64,000 bases of DNA from Podarcis filfolensis (GCA_964270895.1 OZ185436.1); one strand, 5' to 3'; counted from the stretch's first letter, positions 24,395 through 36,228 are shown. Numbers and translations are program-made. Notes: generated by a model not told the origin, from the sequence alone.

Positions 24395-26322
24395 GTAAGT
24401 CTTCAGCAAATAACCTTTATTTCTTTAAAAAGCAAATGAACTTTATGCAGCAAGCACTGAGAAAAGAGATGCAGTTTGGTTGCATCTTCAGAATATATGC
24501 TATATGTATTCTTGTGGAAGGAAACAAAACAATATGATTGTTCTAAACCTCTGAATAATAAGAATAATAATAAACCTCTGATACTAATAATGGACAAGGC
24601 CACAATATCACTAAGAGCCTAACTTCTACATTTTTATGTGGAAGTGCTTCCATTCCTTAAATAGAATAAAAAGAGACCACTTTAAATAATGCCCAGATTC
24701 AAAATATGATTGACAAATGTAACACAATGTGATTGCCTAAATAGAAAGTAAAGTTCTAAGGAAAGACTGGCATTTTAATTTATTTTCAAATGGAGAATTT
24801 CAGGGTTAGCAATATTAATACTACTAATCATGATAATTAATTAAATTTGTATATCGTCCTCCAGCCAAAGATTGCAGGGCAATTCATGACACAAAAATAC
24901 AAAATGAGAACACAAAACGCATAATGAAAACAAAAACCAACCAACAACGCCCTCCCACAAACGTGTTCAAAAGGGCATGGAATGTTAATCAGCCAAAGGC
25001 CAATTAATTGATCTAATTGTAACCCCAGATCTTTGAAAGGTTGGCAAACTATGGCCCCATTTAGATAACCACTATTAGAATCTTATCGTCACATAGCAAT
25101 GAAATAAAAATAAGCAATGATCATAGCAACTACACAGGTTACATGTACAAAACTGCACTGTTGCCTTGGGATAACTCCCATCGTCCCATAGCAATTGGTC
25201 GTTAAAAGTAGCAACTGTGCAGCAATATTAACGAGTGTAAAAAAACCCCTCCCAACCCTCTATCTTCTTCTAGATGAGCAAGGCCTGCGAGAATTACTGT
25301 ACAAAAATAGCTGCCTTCCCTTCAGTGCTTTGTCCAAGCTCTGATGCTGTCGTTGTCACAGCATCTTGCTACCTGAGAGATGAAAACTGCATCTTATGCC
25401 CAGACCATCCTAGGCTCTGCCATCTCTCGGTTCTAACAATCTGTCCATACTTGATAATTCACAATGGATGCAGGCATCCAAATTATGACTGTGGGTGGGC
25501 ATGGTGGAGAGGTGGAGGGACTCAAGAATATAGAAATCAGACCCAGCCACAGTTTATGTGCTTCTGTATAAGTCAAAGCGTACACCTGGAGTTAGTGGCC
25601 TGCCTGAATTAACAGTTTTTGAATGGAAATAGGAGGCAGTAGATCTGTAAATGTACTCTGGAATCTGCCTCTTACGTCTACATGTTCAAATTAACCCCAA
25701 TCGTTTGGTTCGGATTCTACAAAATGGCACTGCCACTGTACAGTTCAATTCCTTATTCCCCCCCTCCTTTGTTGTAAAAGTGGATAAGCACCCATCAGCA
25801 ACAAAAACTGCTGGCAGATTTGAGCAACATGTCTTCTTGCTAATTGTGAAACTATCTATCTGCTGAGCTCTTTAAGATTATATTGGAATAAAGCAATGAG
25901 TTTGAAAGGTGTTACAAGCAATAGGGGTTGGAAACAATGTCAAACATTTTTTTTTTCTTTAGCACTATACTTGCTTTGGCCCATAATGTAGTATTTTGCC
26001 TGTACTAGTTTAGAGAAAATGGGTGCTTTACTGTCTGATAAGAGGAAGAACAAACTTCCTTTGGATAAAATACACAAAATGAAAGGTTCACAAGATAGCA
26101 GAGCTTTTATGACATGGTGGTTTGTTTACTTTTCACACACACGTTATTTAAGGGACTATATGAGCACGTTATTTATGTTTGAGTGGTAATTGGAGAAAAA
26201 TCAAAAATGTGTGTCTGACTTGTTAGCTCTCCATTGGTGCAATGGGGAAAACATTTGTTGCTTTGAGATTCTAAACTACGCCCACATTATGTTCAGAGGA
26301 GAGATGCAATGGAATGCCTGTG

Positions 26323-26560
26323 CAGTTGTACCTTGGTTGATGAACGACTTGGTTGACGAACTCAGACATTTTGGCTCCTGAATGCCGCAAACCCGAAAGT
26401 GAGAGTTCAGGTTTGCGAATGTCCTTTGGAACCTGAACGTCCGTTTTGGCTGTCGGCATTGTTTCCGGAGCCAATCGAAGGCCGTGCCTTTGTTTGCGAA
26501 TGTTTTGGAAGTTGAACAGACTTCCGGAATGGATTCCGTTCGTCAGCCAAGGTACGACTG
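26323..26560. mobile_element. Tigger-like MITE, family B
   Basis: CAGTTGTACCTTGG...CCAAGGTACGACTG|TA. Confidence 0.75.
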
Positions 26561-26711
26561 TAAATGTTCGTTTATGCATCTGTGGCCAGAGAGAGAGAGA
26601 GAGAAACGGAAGATGTTGTTCACTGTGTATCATTGTAAAATTTGTCACTTACTGGTTAGTAGGGATAATATGTTACACATAAGGTATCATGTTTTCTCTA
26701 GCAGTCCAATA

Positions 26712-26945
26712 CAGTGGTACCTCGGGTTACAGACACTTCAGGTTATAGACGCTTCAGGTTACAGACTCCGCTAACCCAGAAATATTACCTCGGGTTAAGA
26801 ACTTTGCTTCAAGATGAGAACAGAAATTGTGCTCTGGCGGCAACGGGAGACCCCATTAGCTAAAGTGGTGTCTCAGGTTAAGAACAGTTTCAGGTTAAGA
26901 ACGGACCTCCAGAATGAATCAAGTTCTTAACCCAAGGTACCACTG
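26712..26945 (-). mobile_element. Tigger-like MITE, family A (reverse)
   Basis: TA TSD, TIRs; interior inverted relative to the 21821 copy. Confidence 0.88.
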
Positions 26946-27307
26946 TAGATGAGATAATAAAATTATCACACAAGTTGGGGTCCAATGTGTTGGGGATTGC
27001 CTCTGTTAAAATGTATCCCTCTACCTGAAAATTTGCATTTTTGTGATGGCTATTTGACTGGCTGACCCACCAACATACACAATGTGGCAGCACTCAGCCA
27101 CAAAAGCAGAAGGGGATCCCCCCCGCCCACAGGCTACCAAATGAAACAGAATAGCTCATAGTCAGAGTAAACTGTATGGATGGAACAGATGGACCAGTGG
27201 TCTTGCTAAGTAAGAGCCAGCTTCATATGTTCCTGTGAGCAACACATTCATTCTGGCCATCTAAGTCCCATAAAAACCAGTGGGGCTTAAATGGGCATAA
27301 TGCTATA

Positions 27308-27555
27308 CAGTGGTACCTCGGGTTACATACACCTCGGGTTACATACGCTTCAGGTTACAGGCTCCGCTTACCCAGAAATAGTGCTTCAGGTTAAGAACTT
27401 TGCTTCAGGATAAGAACAGAAATCATGCTCCGGCGGCGTGGCGGCAGCAGGAGGCCCCATTAGCTAAAGTGGTGCTTCAGGTTAAGAACACTTTCAGGTT
27501 AAGAACGGACCTCTGGAATGAATTACCGGTAAGTACTTAACCTGAGGTACCACTG
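27308..27555 (-). mobile_element. Tigger-like MITE, family A (reverse)
   Basis: TA TSD, TIRs. Confidence 0.88.
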
Positions 27556-28164
27556 TACTGTACTTGGTTCTGGTCACAGTCCATACAGGCCCATGGAAAG
27601 CTTCAAAGTTTAATTAGTTACAACCAAATTCTATTAATTACAGCTGAGTCAAAATTTCTCGTAAGACATTTTCTGATAAATCTTCTGAGTTTGTTCCTTT
27701 TTCTCACCCTAGAAGAAGGCCACTTAATACCATTTCCCCAAATTTCCTCAAGCATTTTATAATGGCAGCCTTTTGTTTGTTTCACAACGTCCCAGAACTA
27801 TGGATAGATAATCTAAGGAATTATGGAGGGTGTAAAATTGTGACCAGGCTACCAACCCAGAAAAAAAAAAGATTTAAAAAAAAGATTTAGGTTAAAATAT
27901 TTAAACTGTGCTAAATTCCACTGCTAGTGGGAAGCCACACCCTTAAGCAAATGTTGGAGAATTTCTCCCCCTCCCCTTGGAAGAATTTTGTGAAATGGTC
28001 CCCTGCTTTTTCCTCTGTCCACTGATGGGGTAAATTCCGAGAGGCCATTTGCACACTGCTGTCTTATTCACACGGTGGTGGAGTTGGTGAGAATATTGTG
28101 ATATACTGACTTTTACTCTTTTACTGCAACAATCGTTTTAATCTCAGTTCTTTGGTTGTTGAAG

Positions 28165-28277
28165 GTATGGGAAGGCCTCAATGTAGTTAAGACCGGAAGA
28201 GTAATGCTGGGAGAAACTAATCCTGCAGATTCCAAACCTGGCACAATTCGTGGTGACTTCTGTGTGCAAGTTGGCAG
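28165..28277 (+). CDS. NME1: NME1 coding exon 3 (gene exon 4; Kpn loop)
   Basis: [37 protein letters not shown](R); 113 nt; ends in phase 2; donor GTAAAT. Confidence 0.96.
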
Positions 28278-28363
28278 GTAAATTCCGAATTGTCGTCTTA
28301 CAAAATGGAATTGCTAACTAGTTCTAGTATACATGCAGTTAGGATACAAATATTATATCTGTG

Positions 28364-28366
<3 letters not shown>

Positions 28367-28411
<45 letters not shown>

Positions 28412-28437
28412 TACTACTACTACTGTTATTATTATTA
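28367..28437 (+). repeat. (TTA)n(CTA)n compound microsatellite
   Basis: Directly visible. Confidence 0.95.
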
Positions 28438-28856
28438 CCGTACAGTACTTTTCTGTGTATTAGACGAGGATTTTTTTCGATGAAGTAATGTATAAAAATA
28501 GGGGTCATCTTATACATGGGTAGTTCAGAGGGGGAACGGGGGACTGGTTGCTGCCGCAAGCAGGGGATTGTCAGTGGCGGTAGTGCGCGTGATAAGTGTC
28601 TGCATCAAGGGCTTTTATTGATTGAGTGGGCGATAGGCAGCCTCTGGGGGCGAGCGGTCAGACGTTTCTTGGCTTCTGGAAGCGTTGTTTAGGGGGGTGA
28701 GTGAGCAATCCTCTCCTCCAAAAAAACAACCCTGGGCAATCCTCCCCCCAAAATGCTCAACAACTCTGTGCAAATCCCCCCATTTTATTAATTCTGAGTC
28801 CCCCAAAATAGGGGGCGTCTTATACACGGGGGCATGTTATACATGGAAAATTATGG
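28438..28856. mobile_element. Tc2-like MITE, degenerate ends
   Basis: TA|CCGTA...TTATGG|TA; GTCTTATAC subterminal motifs. Confidence 0.65.
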
Positions 28857-28870
28857 TACTACTACTACTA

Positions 28871-29120
28871 CAGTCGTACCTTGGTTTTCGAACAGCTTAG
28901 TTCTCAAACATTTTGGCTCCCAAACACTGCAAACCCGGAAGTGACTGTTCCGGTTCGTGAACTATTTTTGGAAGCTGAACATCCGATGGGGCTTCCACGG
29001 CTTCTGATTGGCTGCAGGAGCTTCCTGCAGCCAATCAGAAGCCACACTTTGGTTTCAAAACGTTTTGGAAGTCAAACAGACTTCTGGAACGGATTCCATT
29101 TGACTTCCAAGGTATGACTG
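28871..29120. mobile_element. Tigger-like MITE, family B
   Basis: TA|CAGTCGTACCTTGG...CCAAGGTATGACTG|TA; internal inverted repeat around GCAGGAGC/TTCCTGC. Confidence 0.85.
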
Positions 29121-29786
29121 TATTTTTAAAAAGACATTTGGAGTGTAAATTAATAGTTATGACCTGAACAGCTGGTGCTTCTCATAGTAGCTCCCCAACA
29201 TTACAGCAAGCCTAACAAGCCCCTGCTTCTTTTGCCTTTTTCATTATCTCAGTGCCTGTATTTTCCATAGTTCGTCCTGCCACATTTCCTAATGCTACTG
29301 CATGTGATGGCCTTGGTTATGGAGAGAGGCTGGCCTGCTAAAAACATCAAACACTGCTGTTGTAGCACCTCAGAGTTCCTTTACAAAGAATACATTGTGC
29401 GATATTGTTTTTCCCTTTGAGGGCCATAGCCTTGTCTAACAAGTATCATTAGAAAAACTTTGGACTGTGGTTTAAATTTAAGACTTGGAAACTTTGCACA
29501 CAGTTTAATATGCCCCTGTGGGAAATAAACACTTTGTCTTAGGAGGGTGCAAAGGAGTGGAAAAGAAATAGCTTGTTATAGTAGCAAACAGTTACTAAAA
29601 CACAAGGGTTTCACGTTACATCCAGCAAAGACATTTCTCTGTTGCAGTATATGGAGTATATTAATATGTGGGGAGGGGTTATTGTCCATTTGTCAAAACA
29701 TAACAGCCAATAAAACTATTATTTCTATGTTTTTCTGTTTGATTACCATAATGATCAAATTCTTTTCAACTTTATTGCCCTTTCAG

Positions 29787-29904
29787 AAATATAATTCATG
29801 GCAGTGACTCTGTAGAAAATGCTGAGATTGAAATCAACCTATGGTTCACACCAGAAGAAATTGTTGACTACACAAGCTGTGAGCACTCATGGATCTATGA
29901 TTAA
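29787..29904 (+). CDS. NME1: NME1 last coding exon with the catalytic His
   Basis: (R)[38 protein letters not shown]; the four exons total 462 nt = 153 aa plus stop. Confidence 0.96.
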
Positions 29905-30232
29905 AAACTTGTGTATTCCTTTGTTATGTTTATCTGGAAACAGTTCCTACCTCCAATATCCTCTAAAATTGTTTCTCCAAATGCCCCGTGTGATTTATAA
30001 GTGTTCTTTGTATTTGTTGTGCTGACTGAAGGTTTTAACTAAACTGGAATATACTTTTATTCATTAGAAAAGTAAATGGGGTGAGGGCTGTTGAAGAAGA
30101 GAACACACTTTTGCTCTCCTTCAGCAGTTATCAAACGCACATGCTTAATTTTATTATATTTACTGTACTCAATGGAGTCAACCATTACTTTAGGTTGTTC
30201 ATATTTATGAGTTTGCAAGATGAGAAGGGCTG

Positions 30233-30356
30233 TTTAGGGCAGCCCTGTTTAGGGAAGCTTTTAATGTTTAACAGACTATTGTATTTTAATATTTTGTTGG
30301 AAGCTGCCCAGAGTGGCTGAGGAAACCCAGCCAGATGGGCGGGGTATAAATAATAA

Positions 30357-30400
<44 letters not shown>

Positions 30401-30426
30401 TACTACTACTACTACTACTACTATTA
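30233..30426 (+). mobile_element. L2 3' end with (TTA)n(CTA)n tail
   Basis: Same conserved 3' end as the 20452 copy. Confidence 0.85.
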
Positions 30427-30649
30427 TGAGAAGCTATTGTATACAAACCATTTGCCACTGAATACGTTACACAAGTGATAAATAACATACTCCTTGAATG
30501 GATCAGCAGAGTGGCTCTTCTGTTTCACCTTAAAATGCCAGGTCATGAATGCAGCAATGCAAATCATTACACTACAGTGTAATTTAAATATGGTAGAATC
30601 ACAGCATATTGAATACTTATAGAATGTAATCTATTTGATTGATTGATTT

Positions 30650-31910
30650 CATAAAATTTATATACCACCTGATTATAAAAAAACCCCTCAAAATGGTTTA
30701 CAAAAAGAATAAAGCAATGAAATTATCAGTAAAAACAATTATTTAAAACATACAAAAAATTAAAACCAGTAATAAACTAAAAACAGATTAAAACACACAT
30801 CAACATTCTAGATATCTGGGTAGGTGCCAAAAGTGCACAGTGAATGTGCTTGTCTGATATCAATAGGCAGGGAGTTCCAAAGTGTAGATGCTGCCACACT
30901 AAAATATTGAGCACCAGTTCTACAGACTGAAGTGGTTGAATTGGCATATAAGGTGAACTTGCAGGTAGACTGGTCCCCAGTTGCTAAGGGCTTTATATAC
31001 TAACAATGTGAACCTAGCCCGGTAGCAAACTGGCACTGAACACAGGTGTTACGTTCTGGCAAAGTCTCACTCTTATCAGCAATCCTGCAGCAGCATTCTG
31101 TACTAACTGCAACTTCTAAATCAGGTGCAAGGGAAGCCTCACAAGAGTACATTACAGTAATCCAGCCTTGAAGTAACCAATACCTGGACTACTGTGATCA
31201 AGCTTTCCTGGTCCAGGAATGGGTGTAGCTGTTGTACCAATTGCAGTTGGTAAAAGGCACTGAGGCTACCTGAACCTCAAGTGACAGAACTGGATTCAGA
31301 AGCACCCCAAAACTGTGAACCTCTTCCTTCAGGGGGTGTACAATCCATCCAGGGCAGGCAACTGACCCAATTTCTCAGACATGGGACTTACTCACCCACA
31401 GTGCCTCCATCTTGCCAGGGTCCAAGTTGAGCTTGTTTTCCCTCATCCATCTCACCACTGCATCCAAGCAACAGCCCAGAGCCTGTATGGCCTCTCCTAA
31501 TTCAGATGTTATAGAGAAATAGAGCTGAGTTACGTTATGGAGAAATAGACCCTGCCCTAAAACTCCCAATGACTGCTCCCAGTGGCTTCATGCAGATAGT
31601 AAATAGCATTGGAAATAAGATGACGTCGTGTGGCAGCCCATAACATAGCTGCCCAGGGAGCCGAAAAGCACCTTCCCAATGCTACTCTCTGGACTCTGTC
31701 CCAAAAGCAGGTTTGGAACCACTAGAATACTGTGGTCCCAATTCCCATTCCCCAGAGCCAGTCCAGAGGGATTCCGTGGTGAATGGACAAGAGATCAAGA
31801 AGCAGAAGCAAGGTCACACTCTCCCTGTCCTGCTCTCTGCAAAGGTCATCCATCAGGGCGACCCAGGGAGACTCAGGCCCCTGACCAGGTATTTGTAACT
31901 GGCTGATAGT
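30650..31910 (-). mobile_element. Older degenerate L2 LINE (RT domain to 3' end)
   Basis: Reverse frame TQLYFSITSELGEAIQALGCCLDAVVRWMRENKLNLDPGKMEAL is an L2 RT motif. Confidence 0.75.
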
Positions 31911-32726
31911 TGCTCTAGCCTAAGGGGTCCAGAGTCAATTGCTTTAGGAGCTGCCACACTTTAGGAGTTGCCCCTTTCAAGGCAGCAGGGACCATCCCTC
32001 ATACAATGAAGTGTTAACTACACTCTAGACCCAACCAGTCAGCTGCCCTCTGCTAGAATTAGTAAGCCAGGAGGGACAGGGGTCAAGGGGACATGTGGTC
32101 AGATGTACTGCTGCCAGCACCTTGCCCACATCAGCAGATTGCATAAGTTGACAGTGTTCCCACAACACATCCTCAATAGTGGCACTGGATAAAACTTAAT
32201 TGTAACAAATATTGGCAAATTTTAAATGTTGGTTTTGCTTCTAGTGGATACACATGGGTTGCGGTATCACTTTGAAAATAAAGCTTTATACAGATGGTTA
32301 TTAAACTCTTTTATCCCCTCTAATTCTAACTCTGTTCATAGGCCATTTTAAGGCAAGATTAGTATAGATGCTTATGAAATGCATTATGAGAAAAGGCGAT
32401 TAATACGAGGGACATTCACTAAGCTGTGCCTCCTGTCACTCATTTCTATTACTCTGTTTGTTGTTGGAAAGGAAGGCATTGTACAGTATTGCTTCTTAAT
32501 TCTGTTGAGCTTCATTACATCTGCGTACATGTTTCCTTGTCTTGATTACATGAGCTACAAAAACTTAATTCATGTTATGTATCACAGTTAAGAAAGCAGA
32601 CAGACTGCTCTACAGCATGATTGGCTTGTACGTTTGAAAGCTCAGATCATGAATTATAATTTCTCAACTCTGAGCATAAGAAATCGCCTTACACCAGGTC
32701 ATTCCAGTAGTGTCTCCTCTGATTGG

Positions 32727-32873
32727 CAGTGGCGTAGCGTGGGGGGTGCAGGGGGGGCCGGCCGCACCGGGCGCAACATCTGGGGGTTAGGGTTAGGGGG
32801 CGCAAATCCACGGGTTAGGGGGCGCAAATTACTTGCCTTGCCCCAGGTGCTGACAACCCACGCTACGCCACTG
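32727..32873. mobile_element. hAT (Tip100-like) MITE containing TTAGGG repeats
   Basis: 17-bp TIR CAGTGGCGTAGCGTGGG; perfect 8-bp TSD CTGATTGG (32719-32726 and 32874-32881). Confidence 0.85.
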
Positions 32874-34019
32874 CTGATTGGTAGTGGCTCTCCAAAGTAC
32901 TGAAAGAGGTCTGCCAGCTGCTCCTTTTACATGGAAAAAAGGAGCTGCTCCATAATCTGCCAGCTGCTCCTTTTACATGGAAATGCTGGGTTTCAACCTG
33001 GGATCTTCAGCACATGAAATCATGAGCAGTCCTCCCCAAAACTATGTTCCTTTCCACAGTGCAAACCCCAGTTTAGCATGTTTGATGATCAAATACATAT
33101 GATTGTTTATTTTCGTCACAAGACTTAAAAGTAACTGAAGATCCACCTGAACTGGACCCAGGCTACAGCACTGCAAGAAAGGGTGCTAACACTTTCGCCT
33201 GCCCAGTTTCCCCACTAGAAATTACATCCATGAAGCTGCTATTAGTATTGGTGGTGGGGGATGGGTATCCTTATTACATGTTCCTGCCTCAACTGGTGTT
33301 AATAGCATCTTTTGCAGGAGGAGGGGAAGAGATTTTCAGCAAGGAAATTGCGAAAAATAACTTCTGTCCTGAGGGCCTGATCTACTTGGGGATGTGTGGG
33401 TTCCTTTAACTATTGGTAGGTGCAGGAGAAGTAATGGATCTCCTTTGTAAATAAGTCAATTTGAGGAGTGATTGGAGGAAGTGGTTAAAGGCTGCAAAAT
33501 GTTAATGGGAGCTAAAATGCCTCATGAAATTATTACACTGAGAAGCCTGTGATACTGTGGAAAGCAGAGTGCATGCTTAGGCTTGGTTGAAAAAGCAGAG
33601 CACATAATAGCACAGTTTACATGTTCTTGGCAAAAAGGCAGAGGACTTTTAAGTTGCCATTGTTTTAAAAAATGGGAATCCCAGCCAGTCTGCTACAAAG
33701 CATGTTTTATCAGATTTTATCAGCTTCCCCTCTGCATCAGAGAGGCAGGCTTGTACTGATGGGCTCTCCCTAGCTAGAGCAGGTGGGATCCACGGGCCAG
33801 ATCTTTATCAGGATCTGCCTCAAAATGTGTGGGCCAAATCTGACAGGTGGGCAGGAGCACCCACCTGTCAAAATCCCTATCCGCTCCCATCAGCCCCCTG
33901 GCCCCATGCAGATTAAAATCCCTGGAGTAGTGCTGTTGTCACCTACGAACATGACTGAGGCTGCAACCCCAATCCCACTTCCCTGGGAGCAAGCCCTACT
34001 GAATTCTATAGAACTTACT

Positions 34020-35290
34020 TCTAAGTAGCGGGCACGATTAGGGTTGCCCTATATAACTCAGGTCCATTCATTTCAACGAGTTCTGAGGATAAGCAATCTC
34101 CGGGTTGCTTTGTGCTGTATATTGTTCAGACTGTTTCCTCCACTGACTGGAGTGGAGAAAACACAGAAATGCTGCTGGCATGCTTTCCCCCTCCAACTCG
34201 GGATCCTGGGGCGAGGCGGGGAACCACCATCTGCTCAGATTGCAAAAACCAAAGCGGCGGCGAGGGATCTACGCGGTGTAGGAGGAGGAGGAGGAGGCAG
34301 CCCACGACCAAGCCCGCCTCCTTTGCTCCCCTCCCGGCTTGTCTCCGGCGCCGGCCCGGCCTTGCTCCGCCTCTTCCCCTGGAGGTTTGCAGGGAGACGG
34401 CAGCTGCGGACACGCTCTCCTGGCCTGACCAGACTCCTTGGAGCTGAGGTGAGCTTTATTCCCACCCACCCTTTTCTTTGGTCTTTCTTCACTTTCTTCC
34501 TGGAGGGAGAAACCAAAACGAAACGAGGTTCTGAGGCAAAAAAAAAGAGGAGGAAGAAATAGCTGGAGCCGGCTATAGAGGAAATGGCGGCTGCGGGGGG
34601 GGTGCCTTTTGCAAAAAAAAAGAGCGCATTTTGCAGCCGCCTGGGAGGCGCAGCCACCTCTCCTCGCCTCCCCTCAGGGGCCTCTGTAACTTGAGGCGGC
34701 CGAGGCAGCGTGTCTTGCCGCCTCTTGGGAGAAGAAGGAGGCAGCCCTGCCGCCGCAGAGCACATGCCTGTGCCTGTCTACTCGAAAGTCAGTCCCGTTG
34801 GATTAAGTGGGGCTTACTCCCGGGTAAATGGGTGTAGGATTGCAGCCCCAGGGCGGAGAGGCCCAAATAGACGCCGCCCGAGGGGAGGGGAACAAAGGGC
34901 ACTTCCTTCCACGACACGTGGACGGATGGTGGAGGAAGCCTTGCCCACGTGCAGTCGAATGGTGCCTGCCCCGGTGCTTGCGGGGAGGGGTGTAGAATTG
35001 CAACTCCAGTTAGGGCGGGGAGGAAGCCCCGAAGGGTGCCAAAACATCCCCCCCATGAAATCCGACCTCCATCATATCGCATAACATAGGAGCCAACTCC
35101 TAGGGGCCGAGGTACCTTTGCTCCCGTCCCTTAAAATATTTGAGGGGGACTGCCCTCCTCCCCGCAGTTGATGGGCATTGCCATTCAAATACGCCATGTC
35201 ATGTGATGATAGACATATTTTTTAGCCGATTTTTTGCGCCCCTGGCAGGGGCCCACCTTACCACCCCCTAGCTACGGCCCTGAATACGAT
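34020..35290. promoter_or_regulatory. NME2: CpG island / NME2 promoter
   Basis: CpG-rich and 0.7-2 kb upstream of the first coding exon; YY1-like AAATGGCGGC at 34582-34591. Confidence 0.8.
34300..34448 (+). other. NME2: Candidate NME2 non-coding exon 1 (5' boundary approximate)
   Basis: ATG-free GC-rich stretch ending at a consensus donor GAG|GTGAGC (GT at 34449). Confidence 0.55.
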
Positions 35291-36041
35291 TCCTTATTAT
35301 CTATCTGGTGATGCTGCAGATATTTAAAAAATGGAACAAAGATCACACAGTCTGTTCCCTGGTTGCTTTTGTGTCCTGTTCGAATGCATTGGGTTGCTCT
35401 TTAAAGTAAGATTTTCATGCATTCCCAACTTGAAGATGAAAACTGTATATTGTTACTGAAAGGATTCTTAAGAAATCAAAGGACTTGGTGTGCTCCTAAG
35501 ATGGCAGATCTCAAAAGTCGTAAGAGCAGAGAAGGAATGACATTGGAGGCTGCCGTTGCCACTTTCTCATAAGAGTTAATGGTATACCAGTTAAAGGGAG
35601 ACAATTTATCACACAGCTTGTCTTTTAAAAGCTAACCTAAAATTTCTATAAGAAATGCAAAATAATAATAATTAATTAGCCCTGTTTTACTGTTGGTGAG
35701 TTGACCTCTTAATGTTGAACAGTGGTCACCTTGACAAACAGGAAGTACCTTGTGCATTTTTTCACATGCCTTTCTCAACCTGATGGCCTCAGGATGTCTG
35801 GCTCAAACTTCCATCTGCCCCATTGAGCATAACCAACCGTCAGGGATGATGGGATTTGCTGTCCAACAATGACTAGGTGGCAGTAGGTTAGGGTAACCTG
35901 TTCTAGGTTCTTCTGTGGCATTGGTCCTGCTGTAAAATCTTGATTGCACTCCTTCCCTCTATAGGTTGATCTTCTGTGGTGGTTTGTGAGGATAATTCCA
36001 ATCCAACTCACTTCTCTTAGCATTTCCTTTGCAGTGAGATA

Positions 36042-36170
36042 ATGGCTTCCAACACAGAGCGCACATTCATTGCCATCAAGCCTGATGGAGTCCAGCGGGG
36101 AATCATAGGTGAAATCATCAAGCGATTTGAACAGAAGGGATTCAAACTGGTGGCTATGAAATTTATGCAT
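36042..36170 (+). CDS. NME2: NME2 (NDPK-B) first coding exon
   Basis: [43 protein letters not shown]; acceptor TTCCTTTGCAG ending at 36034; donor GTAAGT. Confidence 0.96.
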
Positions 36171-36226
36171 GTAAGTTTAATCTTGGTAAATGGTGCAGTA
36201 AAGCAGGATTAGAGAACCTTTTTCTG

Positions 36227-36228
<2 letters not shown>

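Noticed and set aside
34044-35084. Several 100-176 aa ORFs in the NME2 CpG island
   Set aside because: GC-rich stop-poor sequence, overlapping on both strands, with no homology signal.
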